The position numbers were made by a program, and so were the translations under genes. From an uncultured Oscillospiraceae bacterium (GTDB lineage Bacteria > Bacillota > Clostridia > Christensenellales > CAG-138), in NCBI GenBank assembly GCA_964496795.1, contig CAZCAV010000005.1, forward strand, positions 1,944 to 65,943: 64,000 bases of DNA, given 5' to 3'. This document shows positions 38,136 through 46,420 of the stretch, piece by piece. How positions within the stretch are numbered: position 1 is the first letter of the stretch; each line of letters opens with the position of its first letter. The notes beneath the pieces are model-generated. The model saw only the letters and a program-made list of their open reading frames with translations. It did no database searches and was not told the origin of the DNA.

Positions 38136-39149
38136 ATGAAACGCACCTATTGGCTTTTGTACGGCATGCTTTGTATACTGCTGCTCATATTTTCAGACGC
38201 AGCCGTTGCCGCGGGCAAAAGCGCCGTATCGCTCTGTCTGACGCGGGTGTTTCCGGCGCTTTTCCCATTCTATGTCGCCAGCACGCTGTTTTCGTCCGGC
38301 GGGCTGTACCGCCGCGTACAGGAGCGCTGCCCGCGGCTCATGATGCCGCTGTGCTTCCTGCTGGGCTCGATCTCCGGCTATCCCGTCGGCGCCAGACTCT
38401 GTTCGCTGACCGGAAAAAGCGAATGGGCCGTGTACTGCAATCTTTCCAATCCGGCGTTTTTACTCGGCGTGGTGTGCATCGGTATGCTGAACGACAAAAG
38501 CTTTCTGCCCGCGCTCATGCTGGCTCATTATGGAGCGGCGCTTTTAGCTTTGATCGCGGAAAGCCTTCTGCATAGAAACGATGCGCCCGCCGGCGTATCC
38601 GCCGCGGCTCCCGCTCCCGTCAGCTTTACCAAAGCTGTCGGCGACGGTATGAACGCCATGCTCTCGGTCGGCGGCTGCATACTCTTTTTCTCGGTCTGCG
38701 CGGCCATCATCAAGTTGCTTTTCAGCTTGGAGGGCCGTCTCCCGGGCGCGCTCATAACGGGTCTTCTGGAAATGACGGCGGGCTGCGAGGCTGTCGCGGC
38801 CCTGTCTCTGCCCATGCGGCTGAAGACTGCGCTCATCGCGGCCATTATCAGCTTTGGCGGGCTGAGCGTCGGCATGCAAACGCTCAGTGCGGCCGAGGAC
38901 GTCTGTGCGCCGGCGTATCTCGCGGGGAAGGCATTCCAGAGCGGGCTGGCTTTTCTGATCGCTTATGCCGTCACGCCCTGGTTTTATCATGAAACGGGCG
39001 CCGTGCTCGCGGCAAATATGGAAAGCCTGTTTGAGAACGCATCGGTGCTCGCCGCAACGCTCCTATCGGCAAGCGCGGCGCTAACCTTCGTCTATCTTCT
39101 GGCCCTTGTTTTAAAAACGGCCCGCCGCCGTGCTGGCGCGGGCCGATAA
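38136..39149 (+). CDS. ylbJ: Sporulation integral membrane protein YlbJ-like (nucleoside-transporter/gate-domain fold)
   Basis: About 337 aa, polytopic membrane protein. Sits in a ylb-type neighbourhood (tmcAL, patatin, coaD, rsmD). The second ATG (38136) has GAGG 8 nt upstream; the track ORF starts at 38130. Confidence 0.65.
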   Translation: MKRTYWLLYGMLCILLLIFSDAAVAAGKSAVSLCLTRVFPALFPFYVASTLFSSGGLYRRVQERCPRLMMPLCFLLGSISGYPVGARLCSLTGKSEWAVYCNLSNPAFLLGVVCIGMLNDKSFLPALMLAHYGAALLALIAESLLHRNDAPAGVSAAAPAPVSFTKAVGDGMNAMLSVGGCILFFSVCAAIIKLLFSLEGRLPGALITGLLEMTAGCEAVAALSLPMRLKTALIAAIISFGGLSVGMQTLSAAEDVCAPAYLAGKAFQSGLAFLIAYAVTPWFYHETGAVLAANMESLFENASVLAATLLSASAALTFVYLLALVLKTARRRAGAGR

Positions 39150-39153
39150 CCGT

Positions 39154-40245
39154 TTAGTAATCCTCATCATCGTCGTCATCGTCGTCTTCAATGAACTCAA
39201 TCAGGCGGCGGCGCTTCTTGGGCGCCTTGGCCGGCTTTTCAGACTTTTCCGGCTTCTCGTCCTCCCATTCATCATCGTCTTCAAATTCATCGTCATCATC
39301 GTCCTCTGCTTCCAGCAGACGCTTGAACAGGCCCTTTTTCTTTGGCTTGGGCTCGTCCTCATCGTCGTGAGATGAGCGTTTGCGCGGAGCGGGCTCGTCG
39401 TCATAGTCGTCATGATCGTCGCGGCGGACGGCCGGACGCTCAAACTGCCGCGTGGCGCTGGGATCCTGTTCCACTGCGTAACGATCCTGAACGGCAGCCC
39501 TCTGGCGCGGCGGTTGGGCATAGGCGGCCTGCTGCTGGGGTTGGGCGTAGGCGGCCTGCTGCGGCGGCTGGGCATAGGCGGCCTGCTGCTGTGGCGCATA
39601 GGCGATCTGCTGCTGCGGCGCATACTGCGGCTGCTCATAGGTTTGCGCCGGCGCCTGCTGCACCTGCGGCTGCTCGTATGCCTGCGGCTGCTGAACGCTC
39701 GGCGCCGGCTCGGGCGTCACGCCCAGCTCGCGGCGGTTATTCTCGATCATGCTGTGATAATCGGCCAGATAACGCTGCAGGTCGCTCATAATATCGTCTG
39801 CATATTTGCGCGCGCCATTATAAATGGCGTTGGCGTTATCCTCCGCCTCCGCGCTGACCTTGCTTGCGCGCGCAAATGCCTCCTTATATACCTCCGCCTC
39901 GTTCACGCGTGCCTCAAACTCCACCTGCGCCTGCTGCGTCAGGTTCTCCGCCGTGGACTGTGCCTGCTGCAATACCGTATCGGCCTCGTGATTCGCCTGA
40001 TCGACGATCTCCTCGGCCGTATCTTTTGCGTCGCGGATAGTGTTTTCCGCTTCGGAAATAATGCCCGTCGCGCGGCGGATATCCTCTGGGATCACAACCT
40101 TTAGATCCTCCAGCATATCCAGAAGCCGATCGACCTCTACGACGCGCTTGTTAGCGTCGCCAAATTTAGGTTTGGGACTTTCCTCCAGCTCCTGCCGGAT
40201 CCGATTGATGATACTGAAGATTTTCATTGTTTGCGCGTTGCTCAT
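39154..40245 (-). CDS. Uncharacterised protein: N-terminal coiled-coil, Q/A/Y/P octad repeats, poly-acidic tail
   Basis: 363 aa. Its ATG overlaps the coaD stop by 4 nt. Heptad-like N-terminal half. The middle carries QQAAYAQP-type repeats. The C-terminus carries long D/E runs ending DDDDDDDEDY. Confidence 0.7.
   Translation of the reverse strand: MSNAQTMKIFSIINRIRQELEESPKPKFGDANKRVVEVDRLLDMLEDLKVVIPEDIRRATGIISEAENTIRDAKDTAEEIVDQANHEADTVLQQAQSTAENLTQQAQVEFEARVNEAEVYKEAFARASKVSAEAEDNANAIYNGARKYADDIMSDLQRYLADYHSMIENNRRELGVTPEPAPSVQQPQAYEQPQVQQAPAQTYEQPQYAPQQQIAYAPQQQAAYAQPPQQAAYAQPQQQAAYAQPPRQRAAVQDRYAVEQDPSATRQFERPAVRRDDHDDYDDEPAPRKRSSHDDEDEPKPKKKGLFKRLLEAEDDDDDEFEDDDEWEDEKPEKSEKPAKAPKKRRRLIEFIEDDDDDDDEDY
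39511..39690 (-). repeat. Imperfect 24/27-nt tandem repeats encoding the Q/A/Y/P-rich segment
   Basis: Plus-strand units of the type GGCATAGGCGGCCTGCTGCTG(N3-6) repeat about five times, in frame. Confidence 0.7.
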
Positions 40246-40733
40246 GGGTTTGCCAACCTTTCTGCAATAGTGCTCTGAATACTCTCGGGAACCAGTCCGG
40301 TAATGTTGCCCTTCATCACGGCAATTTCGCGCACGGCGCTTGAGCTCAAAAACGAATGCTCAGGACTGGCCATAAAATAAACCGTTTGTATATCTCGGTT
40401 CAGATGGCGGTTTACAGCGTCCATCTGAAACTCGTATTCAAAATCTGTGATCGCCCTGAGGCCGCGGATAATATATTTTGCGCCAATGGACGATGCAAAA
40501 TCGACCAACAGGCCGTCAAAGCTTGTGACGCGCACATTGTGCAGCTTCTCCGCGTGAAGAACGCATTCTATCAGCTGCAGGCGCTCGGCGACGGAGAACA
40601 CGGGGGATTTGGCGACGTTGTTCAGTACGCCGACATACACGGTGTCAAACAGGGAAGCCGCGTGGGTAAGCACGTCGTTGTGTCCCGTCGTAAAGGGGTC
40701 AAAGCTGCCGGGATATACGCCGATATGGTTCAT
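40242..40733 (-). CDS. coaD: Phosphopantetheine adenylyltransferase
   Basis: Start placed at MNHIGVYPGSFDPFTTGHNDV (ATG 40733), which overlaps the rsmD stop by 4 nt. Contains the T/HxGH motif. Confidence 0.95.
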   Translation of the reverse strand: MNHIGVYPGSFDPFTTGHNDVLTHAASLFDTVYVGVLNNVAKSPVFSVAERLQLIECVLHAEKLHNVRVTSFDGLLVDFASSIGAKYIIRGLRAITDFEYEFQMDAVNRHLNRDIQTVYFMASPEHSFLSSSAVREIAVMKGNITGLVPESIQSTIAERLANP

Positions 40734-41311
40734 AGCGCCTCCAATATCATAATTCCGACATCCTTGTAACAGCGTTGATCGCACACCCTGCAATACGACG
40801 CGCCGATCGCCGGCGGAAGCTTGCGGTCGTGTTCGATAACGACGCGTCCGTCCGTACGCATAAGCTTCCACCTGTACAGCAGCTCTGCCGCAGCCGCAGC
40901 GGTTCCGTCCGCGTAGGGCGCATCCAGAAACGCAAGGTCAAAGGCCGCTTCCTCCTGCTTGAGCCGCTTGAGCGCCGCCTCATAATCCAGGCAAAGCACC
41001 TGTATACGTTCGCTCAGGCCAAGCGACGCCGCATTGGATCGAATCAGCGAAGCGCAGGCGCGGTCATGATCGTTGCATACGACAGAACGCGCTCCGCGGG
41101 AGGCCGCTTCAAGGCCCAAATTGCCCGAGCCGGAGAACAGATCCAGTACGTCGCTGTCCGGAATCCGGAATTGCAGTATCCCAAACAGAGATTCCTTGAC
41201 CCGATCAAGCGTCGGGCGCGTGTTTAGGCCCTTTGGGGCTTCAAAACGCCGTCCCCTGGCGCTGCCGGCGATAATGCGCAAATCCACCTCCGCGGAATGC
41301 CCGCAATTCAA
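40730..41311 (-). CDS. rsmD: 16S rRNA (guanine966-N2)-methyltransferase
   Basis: RIIAGSARGRRF..P....RPT.DRVKESLF and DLFSGSG SAM motifs. The true start may be the TTG at 41281 (GGAGG upstream) rather than TTG 41311. Confidence 0.9.
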   Translation of the reverse strand: MNCGHSAEVDLRIIAGSARGRRFEAPKGLNTRPTLDRVKESLFGILQFRIPDSDVLDLFSGSGNLGLEAASRGARSVVCNDHDRACASLIRSNAASLGLSERIQVLCLDYEAALKRLKQEEAAFDLAFLDAPYADGTAAAAAELLYRWKLMRTDGRVVIEHDRKLPPAIGASYCRVCDQRCYKDVGIMILEAL

Positions 41312-41387
41312 TAGAATATTCTAACATAATCGCAAATCGGATACAAGTCTGTCTTATCAAGTCGCTTTCCGTCGCCCTAAAAACGGA

Positions 41388-42581
41388 TCATCCGCTCGTG
41401 CGAATCGGGCCGATGCCAGCCTGCATGAATACGTCGTAGGGATTGATATAGCGGCCCTCCGGCGTGATAATGCTTAGGTGCAGATGGTTGGCGACGCTGT
41501 TTCCGGTGCTGCCCACCAGACCGATCGGTTGCCCCTGCGTCACCTCTTCGCCTTCATAGACCAGATCGCTCTGCTTCACCATGTGGTAATAGTGATACTC
41601 GTACCCGCTCGGATCGCGAATGATCACATAATAACCCGGAATCTTTGAAAAACCAATGTAGAGCACGACGCCATCGGTTACGGACAGTATGGGCGTTCCT
41701 CGGTTGGCACGGATGTCGGTGCCGGTGTGAAGCCGCGTGCTGCTGGAGCGCGGCGCATACCAGCCGTTCTTGATCGTACAGCCCGGCAGCGGATGCGCAA
41801 GCGTTGAAAGATATTCCTCGCTGAGCGCCGGCGTTTCATAGTCCGTCCGTTCGCCTTCATCCGTATAGACCGTATACAGATAGGCCAGTGTGAATTTGCC
41901 GGTCAGGAGCTGCTCGCGCGTCCCCTCGGAGAACATGCGGTCGTTGTCGGAAAACGCGCAGGTAAAGCCCGCGCTTCCATCCTGAAGCGACAGCCCGACG
42001 TCCATGCTTCCCGCCAGGCGGGCCGCAGTATCCGAGCCATAAGCCCTGTACAGCGCCGCCGCCTCGCGCCAGCCAAGCGCGCTGCGCTCCCGAAGCGTGG
42101 AGATCAGCGGTATATTGGAAGAACGCAGATCTCGGCAGACGATGCGCATGCAGGCGCCGTAATACTCGTCAAAGCAAGCGTTCAGGGCGCTTGCCAGACG
42201 ATCAAAAACTTCCCGCTGCGCGGCGATGCGATCATAGGTACTGAGGTTGAGCGCGGACAACTCGTCCGACAGTGGAAGCAGGGCGTTTGTAAACATGGAT
42301 TCCGCCAGGCGCTCAAGCGCTTCCTGTGTGTTGGCCACAGATACATCCGCTCCATCCTCGTCCGGCGGAGACGACAGCGTTCCATCCAGATAGCGCAGCA
42401 AACGCGCTGTTTCAGACGCGCTTCTGCCAAGCGTATCGGAAACCTTTGGGGTTCCTGAAGCGTCGGGCGGCGGCTCGCAGTCCTCCGCCTCCTCCGCATA
42501 TGAAACCGTCGATGCCGCCAGAAGCAGCATCGACAATGCCAAATAGCTTAATCTGTTTAGTCTGCCAAAGCGGCGGCTCAT
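41388..42581 (-). CDS. Secreted M23-family peptidoglycan endopeptidase
   Basis: 397 aa with an N-terminal signal-like segment. The C-terminal M23 motifs HTGTD (HxxxD) and NHLHLSI (HxH) are intact. Confidence 0.85.
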   Translation of the reverse strand: MSRRFGRLNRLSYLALSMLLLAASTVSYAEEAEDCEPPPDASGTPKVSDTLGRSASETARLLRYLDGTLSSPPDEDGADVSVANTQEALERLAESMFTNALLPLSDELSALNLSTYDRIAAQREVFDRLASALNACFDEYYGACMRIVCRDLRSSNIPLISTLRERSALGWREAAALYRAYGSDTAARLAGSMDVGLSLQDGSAGFTCAFSDNDRMFSEGTREQLLTGKFTLAYLYTVYTDEGERTDYETPALSEEYLSTLAHPLPGCTIKNGWYAPRSSSTRLHTGTDIRANRGTPILSVTDGVVLYIGFSKIPGYYVIIRDPSGYEYHYYHMVKQSDLVYEGEEVTQGQPIGLVGSTGNSVANHLHLSIITPEGRYINPYDVFMQAGIGPIRTSG

Positions 42582-43642
42582 CCAACGGTTACCGGCTCGC
42601 CCGGAATCACCACGGTGCCTCCGGAATCACCGCCGGCGTCGGTGGCGCCAGCGTCGTCGGTGGCGCCCGTGTCGTCCGTATCGTCTCCGTCGCCCATATC
42701 CGGCTTGCGCGGCTCCATATACTTGTAGGCCAGCTCGTGCGCCACATCCTCGATGCGCCAGTTGTCGGTCCAAAGCTCATCGCTGGCCTTGAGCTTGACG
42801 TCCTTGGAAGCGGGGAGGATCAATTGGGCGCGAATCGCCGCCGTATCCTTGTCATCCGCGCTTCCGTCGCGTATTTCGCAGGTCGTTCCATAGCCGATAT
42901 TATAGAACATCCACCGTGAATCCGGAACGGTCAGGCGTATGCAGGCATGCGAGGCCTTGGTACCCAGGTCGTCATAGGAATCCCGTATCAGGGAGTTGAG
43001 ATCTCCTTTGGTTTTATACAGTACGGAATGGAAATAGGTGCGGCTGTGGATCAGCGTCAGATATTGCGCCGCTTCCAGATTGACAAACTGCCAGAAGCGT
43101 TCCTTGGCCGCTTCAATCTGCCAGATCCCGCTGGTCGTTTCATGGCCATATTCCTTGTTTGGATTTCCGGAAGAGCAAAGCATATAGCGCACGGGCTGTT
43201 CATAATCCGGCTTTCCCAGCTTCGTGCCGTCGTCGATGCGCATGTAGACCAATACAACCTGCCACTGCTTGTCAACAATGATGTAATATGTCTTGGGATC
43301 GGGATAGCCGCTTTTCAGCAGCTCGCGGGCCTTGGCGTTCATATCGTTCGTACTGCCGACCAGCTCCTCATAGCTCATATTCACCGTGGGAGCATATACG
43401 GAAAACGGCATGGGCGTATCCGACGGCTCCGGCGTGGGCGTCGGCGTGGGCATGGCGCCCGCCTCGGCAATCTCCTGCTCGGCAAGACCGATATTGATAA
43501 TCTGAGGCTCCGGCGTAGGCGTCGGCGAGGCGGACACCGCGGCCTCATCCGTCGTTGAAGGGCTGCTGCAGGCGGACAGCAGCAAGGCAAGAACCAGAGC
43601 CGACAGCAAAAGCGGCTTAAGAAGATGCCTGAACCGTTTCAT
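42578..43642 (-). CDS. L,D-transpeptidase (YkuD-domain) lipoprotein
   Basis: Start placed at MKRFRHLL (ATG 43642; AAGGAAAGGA upstream). Lipobox LLSAC. TPTPTPEP linkers. Catalytic SHACIRL motif. Confidence 0.85.
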   Translation of the reverse strand: MKRFRHLLKPLLLSALVLALLLSACSSPSTTDEAAVSASPTPTPEPQIINIGLAEQEIAEAGAMPTPTPTPEPSDTPMPFSVYAPTVNMSYEELVGSTNDMNAKARELLKSGYPDPKTYYIIVDKQWQVVLVYMRIDDGTKLGKPDYEQPVRYMLCSSGNPNKEYGHETTSGIWQIEAAKERFWQFVNLEAAQYLTLIHSRTYFHSVLYKTKGDLNSLIRDSYDDLGTKASHACIRLTVPDSRWMFYNIGYGTTCEIRDGSADDKDTAAIRAQLILPASKDVKLKASDELWTDNWRIEDVAHELAYKYMEPRKPDMGDGDDTDDTGATDDAGATDAGGDSGGTVVIPGEPVTVG

Positions 43643-43740
43643 ACAAATCCTTTCCTTTGCGTTCAACACGCTGAATGAAAAATACAACCGCCGGTATTGT
43701 AACACATTCAAGGCGAAAAATTTATAATATTATCGAAAAT

Positions 43741-44493
43741 TCACATTTTATCCATGCACTGTCCGGCGAGGTTCAGGCAACCGAGGGCGCGGGAGCCGTA
43801 TTCCAGCGAGCAGGAAAGATACGCGGGCAGACAGTCCATCAGTTCTTGACGAACCGACGGGCTTAAGCGTACGCGATCCATCTCGTCGTCTTCAAGCAGA
43901 AGCATACGGCGCATCGCTTCGAGCGCCGTTTTTGAAATGTCCTGTCCACCGCCGCATCCGGCGCAGACCGCCCCGCCGCGCGGAGAAAACCGCACGATCG
44001 CGTCGGAGCGGATATCGCGCCCGCACTGCGCGCAGCTTGTGATGGTGGGCCGGTAACCACAGGCGCTCAAATAACGGATCAGGTAGCAGCATATCAGGTC
44101 GCGGGGGTCCGCCTGACCATAGGCCATAAAGGACAGCGTGTGATATAAAAGCGAAAACAGCGCCTCGTTCGGCTGGTTCTCCTGCACCGCGTCATGTGCA
44201 AGTTGCAGCGCCGCCGATGCGGCGGAAAACCGTTCGTAATCCTCCCTGATCGGATAAAAGCTTTCAAGCAGTTCGCATTGGTTGACAGTATACTTATCGC
44301 GGCTTAAGAAAAGCTCGTAGCGGCCATAGGCAAAGGGCTGCGAGGCCGTGAGAAGCGCGCTGGTCGATTTCTGGCAGCCTCTGGATTTGGCGTCCATGCG
44401 TCCCTGCCCGGATGTAAATATGCTGATAATGCGGTCGCTTTCGCGATAATTCACATAGCGCGTGACGATCCCGCAGACCGTAAGAAGCGGCAT
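43741..44493 (-). CDS. recO: DNA repair protein RecO
   Basis: Start placed at MPLLTVCGIVTRYVNYRESDRI (ATG 44493). C-terminal zinc motif CAQCG...CAGCG. Confidence 0.9.
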   Translation of the reverse strand: MPLLTVCGIVTRYVNYRESDRIISIFTSGQGRMDAKSRGCQKSTSALLTASQPFAYGRYELFLSRDKYTVNQCELLESFYPIREDYERFSAASAALQLAHDAVQENQPNEALFSLLYHTLSFMAYGQADPRDLICCYLIRYLSACGYRPTITSCAQCGRDIRSDAIVRFSPRGGAVCAGCGGGQDISKTALEAMRRMLLLEDDEMDRVRLSPSVRQELMDCLPAYLSCSLEYGSRALGCLNLAGQCMDKM

Positions 44494-44501
44494 AGCGTCG
44501 T

Positions 44502-44621
44502 TTAACCGTCCGTTCTCTTTCCGTCTGTGCTGCGCCGGAGAGCGGCATACAGCAGATATTCTCCGATGCGGCCTGTGTCCCGGAATTTTTCCCAAGTCTG
44601 CTCGCCTTCAAAATGTTCCAT
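44502..44621 (-). CDS. yqzL: YqzL-family small protein (39 aa)
   Basis: Not in the ORF track. MEHFEGEQTWEKFRDTGRIGEYLLYAALRRSTDGKRTDG, with GGAGG 8 nt upstream. The W..F..TG.I..YLLY pattern and the position between era and recO match YqzL as I remember it. Confidence 0.7.
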   Translation of the reverse strand: MEHFEGEQTWEKFRDTGRIGEYLLYAALRRSTDGKRTDG

Positions 44622-44682
44622 AGCTCCGCCTCCTCTACCGGCTTAGTATGCACAATTTCTAGCGCGCGGCGACTGTCAATTT

Positions 44683-45573
44683 TTAATCATAACCAAGCTC
44701 GCGCAGCACGGAAGCGCGGTTGCGCCAATCCTCCGCGACCTTGATCCAGAGCTGGAGATTGACCGGCATGTCCAAAAACCATTCCATATCTGTTCTCGCC
44801 AGAGATCCGATCCTTTTGAGCATGCTGCCGCCCTTGCCGATAATGATCGACTTATGCGATTCTCTTTCACAGTAGATAGTCGCGTAGACGTCCATCAGAT
44901 CGCGGTCGGGGCGCTTTTCCATCTTGTCGATGCTTACGCCGATGCCGTGCGGCACCTCCTCGCGCAAAAGCTGAAGGGCCTTCTCGCGTATCAGCTCTCC
45001 ACAGACGACGCGCTCCGGCTGATCGGTGACCATGTCCTCCGGAAAATACTGCGGGCCTTCCACGAGATAGGCACAGATCAGTTCTTCAAGCTGAGAAAGC
45101 TGCTCGCCGGTCTTTGCAGAAAGCCTGAGAACATGCGCAAACTGTCCGCTGTCGTTCAGCCGCCGTTCCATTTCCTCCGCGCGTTTTTCCTGAGCGACGT
45201 CACATTTATTGATCAATGCCATCACGGGCGTTTTTAGGCGTGCCAAACGCGCCATGATCGCCTCGTCGTTGCCGCCCAGGCCAACCATGGCGTCCGTCAT
45301 GTACAGTACGATCTCCACCTCGCTGAGCGCGTCCAGCGCCGTCTGCCGCATGTATTCTCCAAGCCGGTTTCTCGGCTGCATGATGCCCGGCGTATCCAGA
45401 AAAATGATCTGGTACTCCGCCCTGGTCAATACGCCGGTGATCTTGTTGCGCGTCGTCTGGGCCCTATCGGTAACAATAGCGATCTTCTGGCCGATCATGG
45501 CGTTTAAAAGCGTGGATTTCCCGACGTTCGGGCAGCCGACAATGGGTACGAAGCCGGAACGATACCCGCTCAT
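44683..45573 (-). CDS. era: GTPase Era
   Basis: Start placed at MSGYRSGFVPIVGCPNVGKSTLLN (ATG 45573, 4-nt overlap with the cdd stop). G1-G4 motifs and a C-terminal KH domain. Confidence 0.96.
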   Translation of the reverse strand: MSGYRSGFVPIVGCPNVGKSTLLNAMIGQKIAIVTDRAQTTRNKITGVLTRAEYQIIFLDTPGIMQPRNRLGEYMRQTALDALSEVEIVLYMTDAMVGLGGNDEAIMARLARLKTPVMALINKCDVAQEKRAEEMERRLNDSGQFAHVLRLSAKTGEQLSQLEELICAYLVEGPQYFPEDMVTDQPERVVCGELIREKALQLLREEVPHGIGVSIDKMEKRPDRDLMDVYATIYCERESHKSIIIGKGGSMLKRIGSLARTDMEWFLDMPVNLQLWIKVAEDWRNRASVLRELGYD

Positions 45574-45983
45574 AGCAGGTCCTCCGGGCCAAAGCTGTAC
45601 GGCAGCAGCTCTTCCAGCGTCAGTTCCACGCATTCGTGCGCTCCATTTCCGCAGAGCACCGGCATGTCGCTATGGCAAAACTCGCTCAGTGCCTGACGGC
45701 AAACGCCGCAGGGATAGGCGGGATTTTTTCCGGCGCAGGCGACAGCGATGCCGTCAAATTCCCGTTCTCCGGCATACACGGCCTGAAACAGTGCGTTCCT
45801 CTCGGCGCATATGGTCGGCGTAAAAGCTGCGTTTTCTATGTTGCAGCCGCAATAATAGCGTCCGTTTGATGCGCGAAGGCACGCGCCTACGGTAAAATGC
45901 GAATAGGGCGCATAGGCGCGCGTCATAGCCTCATAGGCCATTTCCAGCATACGGCGGCGTTCGTCGGGCTTCAGCGGATTCAT
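45570..45983 (-). CDS. cdd: Cytidine deaminase
   Basis: 137 aa. CAERNA and PCGVCRQ zinc motifs. Confidence 0.93.
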   Translation of the reverse strand: MNPLKPDERRRMLEMAYEAMTRAYAPYSHFTVGACLRASNGRYYCGCNIENAAFTPTICAERNALFQAVYAGEREFDGIAVACAGKNPAYPCGVCRQALSEFCHSDMPVLCGNGAHECVELTLEELLPYSFGPEDLL

Positions 45984-46420
45984 CGTTCCACCCCCATCAG
46001 TTTTAGAATTTGCTCCTGTTTTTCCATCATTAGCCGTTCGCTTTCTGCGTCCATATGATCATAGCCACACAGGTGCAGCGCGCCATGCACTGCCAGAAAA
46101 CACAGCTCGCGGCCAAGAGAATGGCCATAGGCCGCAGCCTGCTCGGCTGCGCGCGGATAGCAGATCGCAATATCGCCAAGATATCCGTCGGGCGGCGCCA
46201 TCAACGCGTCGCCCTCCCATGCGGGAAAGCTCAGCACGTCAGTCACCGCATCCATATGACGAAAATCGCGGTTCATCCGCTGGATCTCGTTCCCGTTCAC
46301 GATCTGCAGGCAGACGCCGCCAACGCGCCGCTCGCTTGTCAGCGCCGCGGTCACCGCCGCCTCTATGGCGGCGTCAAGTCCCTCTGAAGGCTCCTGAACG
46401 CTCCAAATCGTTTCGATCAT
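45980..46420 (-). CDS. ybeY: rRNA maturation endoribonuclease YbeY
   Basis: 146 aa. HGALHLCGYDH zinc motif. Confidence 0.93.
   Translation of the reverse strand: MIETIWSVQEPSEGLDAAIEAAVTAALTSERRVGGVCLQIVNGNEIQRMNRDFRHMDAVTDVLSFPAWEGDALMAPPDGYLGDIAICYPRAAEQAAAYGHSLGRELCFLAVHGALHLCGYDHMDAESERLMMEKQEQILKLMGVER

Noticed and set aside
44294-44653. 119-aa minus-strand track ORF spanning the era-recO gap.
   Set aside because: It overlaps the RecO N-terminus out of frame and has no motif. The gap is better explained by the 39-codon YqzL-like ORF with a proper RBS.
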